From Chloropicon primus (taxonomy: Eukaryota), in the NCBI GenBank assembly GCA_023205875.1, contig CP060754.1:372001-436000 (forward strand): a stretch of 64,000 nucleotides of DNA, given 5' to 3'. Made by a program: the position numbers and the translations under genes. Positions 63,376 through 64,000 of the stretch are shown here, one piece after another. Below the pieces are notes generated by a model. The model searched no databases. It worked only from the letters and a program-made list of their open reading frames with translations, and had not been told where the DNA came from. Position 1 is the first letter of the stretch; the number at the start of each line of letters is the position of its first letter.

Positions 63376-64000
63376 ATGAAGGCGAACGCGAACCTGGTGA
63401 TCGAGGGCGTGCTGGTAAAGCTGGTGCCTTATCGCGAAGAGCACGTTCCCAAGTACCACGAATGGATGCAAGACCCACGACTGTTGGAGGCCACCGCCTC
63501 GGAGCCGCTCTCTCTGGAACAGGAGTACGACATGCAAAAGAGCTGGCGAGAAGACGAGGACAAGTGCACCTTCATCGTTCTGGACAAGGCCTTGCCGAGT
63601 GAACCGGGACTGCACCACGGAGCGGGCATGGCGGGAGACGTGAACTTGTTCTTCAACGAACCTGACGGGAAGGATGTGGCGGAGATCGAGGTAAGCGTCG
63701 GAGCAACGAGACGTGACGGCACCAAATCTCTCAAGACCGGAAACTGAGACTGCGCTGCCCACACGACCTGCAAGGTCATGATCGCCGAGGACAAGAGCAG
63801 AAGGAAGGGCCTGGCCTTGGAAGCAGTGCGGATGATGATTCGGTACGCCGCTACGGAGCTAAAGTGCACCAAATTCGTAGCCAAAATAGGGGAGAGCAAC
63901 TTGGCGTCTCTGAGCCTCTTCAACAAGCTCGGATTCCGCGAAGTCAAGAGGGTCGAAGTCTTCAACGAGGTACACAAGGAGCTGAAGGTGACGCCGGAGC
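63376..64000 (+). CDS. NAT9: N-acetyltransferase 9-like GNAT (3' end beyond window)
   Basis: LVPYREEHVPKYHEWM, TASEPLSLEQEY, MAGDVNLF, AEIE|VMIAE across intron 63691-63774. Confidence 0.93.

Overview
This is a gene-dense, GC-rich, intron-poor eukaryotic nuclear window from a photosynthetic green alga. Evidence: nuclear petC, FLU and a CA1P phosphatase-like gene, short GT-AG introns with CTGAC/CTAAC branch points, and TGTAA poly(A)-type signals. The compact style suggests a picoplanktonic prasinophyte such as Chloropicon (inference). About 30 protein genes are recognisable, among them RPL7, a head-to-head BCKDH E1-alpha/E1-beta pair, pirin, IFT46, RPT3, LUC7, PEX14, GT29, FANCI, a YacP/Rae1-RRM fusion, CPOX, RTRAF, petC, 5-FCL, RECQL4, PRS, KDM5, VSR, SDP1-like lipase and NAT9. 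The clearest anomaly is 37.5-40.3 kb. It holds two matching TCGCT-N6-AGCGA palindromes, a roughly 330-nt multi-hairpin non-coding block, a truncated ORF resembling the N-terminus of a Fanzor1 RNA-guided nuclease followed by a hairpin-rich omegaRNA-like tail ending in TTCAA, and a 5'-truncated, frameshifted WD40 gene. Together these suggest a non-autonomous Fanzor-carrying mobile element. Other notable items: a large Sib/integrin-beta-like secreted protein missed by the ORF track (1-4079, minus), a 4xGAF pseudo-cyclase, a secreted RCC1/BLIP-II protein, a lipidated VHL-like protein with an intact hydroxyproline pocket, and a small prepropeptide ending K-YGGFL-GRK-LL. All family calls come from reading motifs by eye; no database search was run.
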